Shown here: in pieces, positions 63,558 to 64,000 of the stretch
Numbering within the stretch: the first letter of the stretch is position 1
How the letters are laid out: every line of letters begins with the position of its first letter
Source: an uncultured Acidobacteriota bacterium
GTDB lineage: Bacteria > Acidobacteriota > JAQAZP01
Length of the DNA: 64,000 bases
Reading direction: 5' to 3'
Assembly (NCBI GenBank): GCA_963836075.1
Contig: CAWIIB010000009.1
Coordinates: 512,001 to 576,000, forward strand
Translations under genes and position numbers: made by a program
Notes under the pieces: model-generated
What the model was told of the DNA's origin: nothing
Database searches by the model: none
The model's input: the letters and a program-made list of their open reading frames with translations, nothing else

Positions 63558-63654
63558 GTTCAACCAGTAGATTGAGTTGACCGCCGACCTGTCACGTCAA
63601 TTGCGGGGCAACTGTCGCGCCAGGACGGCTCGCAACTCATCTAAGACGTTCTGC
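63558..63654 (+). other. Integron attC site (97 bp)
   Basis: R'' GTTCAAC, L'' ATTGAGTTG pairing with L' CAACTCAT with one extra base, internal imperfect stem, R' GTTCTGC. Confidence 0.82.
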
Positions 63655-63673
63655 GAAAGATCGAAGGTAAGCA

Positions 63674-64000
63674 ATGTCGTTAAAGGCCAATAAATTGCTC
63701 GTACGACGCTTATATGAAGAAGCATTCAACACCGGAAATGTTGAATTGATCGAGAGCCTTGTCTCTCCCGAATACACAGAAGTTCATGATGGGAAAAGGC
63801 ATGTCATTGGCATAGAGGGCGCTAAAGCACACGCGGTTGGTGTTCGTCAGACTTATCCGGATCTTCATATCTCAATCGAACAACAAATTGCTGAAGGCGA
63901 GTGGGTCGTCTCCTGTATTACAGCAACAGGAACACATAAAGGTTCCTGGCTGGGTATCAAGCCGACTGGCAAGTCTGTTACTTTCACTGGTGTCAATGTT
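63674..64000 (+). CDS. SnoaL-like ester cyclase, integron cassette gene, truncated by window end
   Basis: Hand translation MSLKANKLLVRRLYEEAFNTGN...YPDLHISIEQQIAEGEWV...GTHKGSWLGIKPTGKSV; low GC; starts 20 bp after attC. Confidence 0.87.
   Translation, partial: MSLKANKLLVRRLYEEAFNTGNVELIESLVSPEYTEVHDGKRHVIGIEGAKAHAVGVRQTYPDLHISIEQQIAEGEWVVSCITATGTHKGSWLGIKPTGKSVTFTGVNV

Overview
GC-rich bacterial chromosomal segment, probably from a facultatively O2-using anaerobe (lineage cannot be assigned from sequence alone). Left: a sigma54-driven, minus-strand Hmc/Dsr-like membrane redox operon (NifB/NifX-family protein, CCG Fe-S protein, NarI/HmcE-like, HybA/HmcB-like, NrfD fused to a hexaheme cytochrome, tandem-PAS kinase, receiver protein), riddled with single-base frameshifts that look like long-read errors. 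Between it and its probable OrpR-like activator sit secreted repeat proteins. Three unrelated secreted proteins (7774, 9635, 30495) end in the same ~120-aa C-terminal domain, a candidate undescribed sorting or anchoring signal. Two of them are followed, at the same distance from the stop codon, by a conserved 54-bp IHF-site/palindrome box. Middle: methyltransferase, APC permease, sulfatase-TPR, a sigma54 MacAB-like ABC exporter with a two-component system, an FG-GAP protein, an ArsC-PAS-sigma54 activator fusion, a radical SAM protein and an Rrf2-linked hcp operon. Right: sigma54 promoter, three ferritin-like genes, a 2-oxoacid dehydrogenase complex with lipoate ligase, alternative complex III (actA-F) with SCO and an A2-type caa3-like oxidase, then an integron (intI, putative attI, attC, ester-cyclase cassette) whose first cassette slot holds an IS91-family HUH transposase. 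Three AT-rich GGGGAC-bounded palindromes lie at gene ends. No rRNA, tRNA or CRISPR array was recognised.
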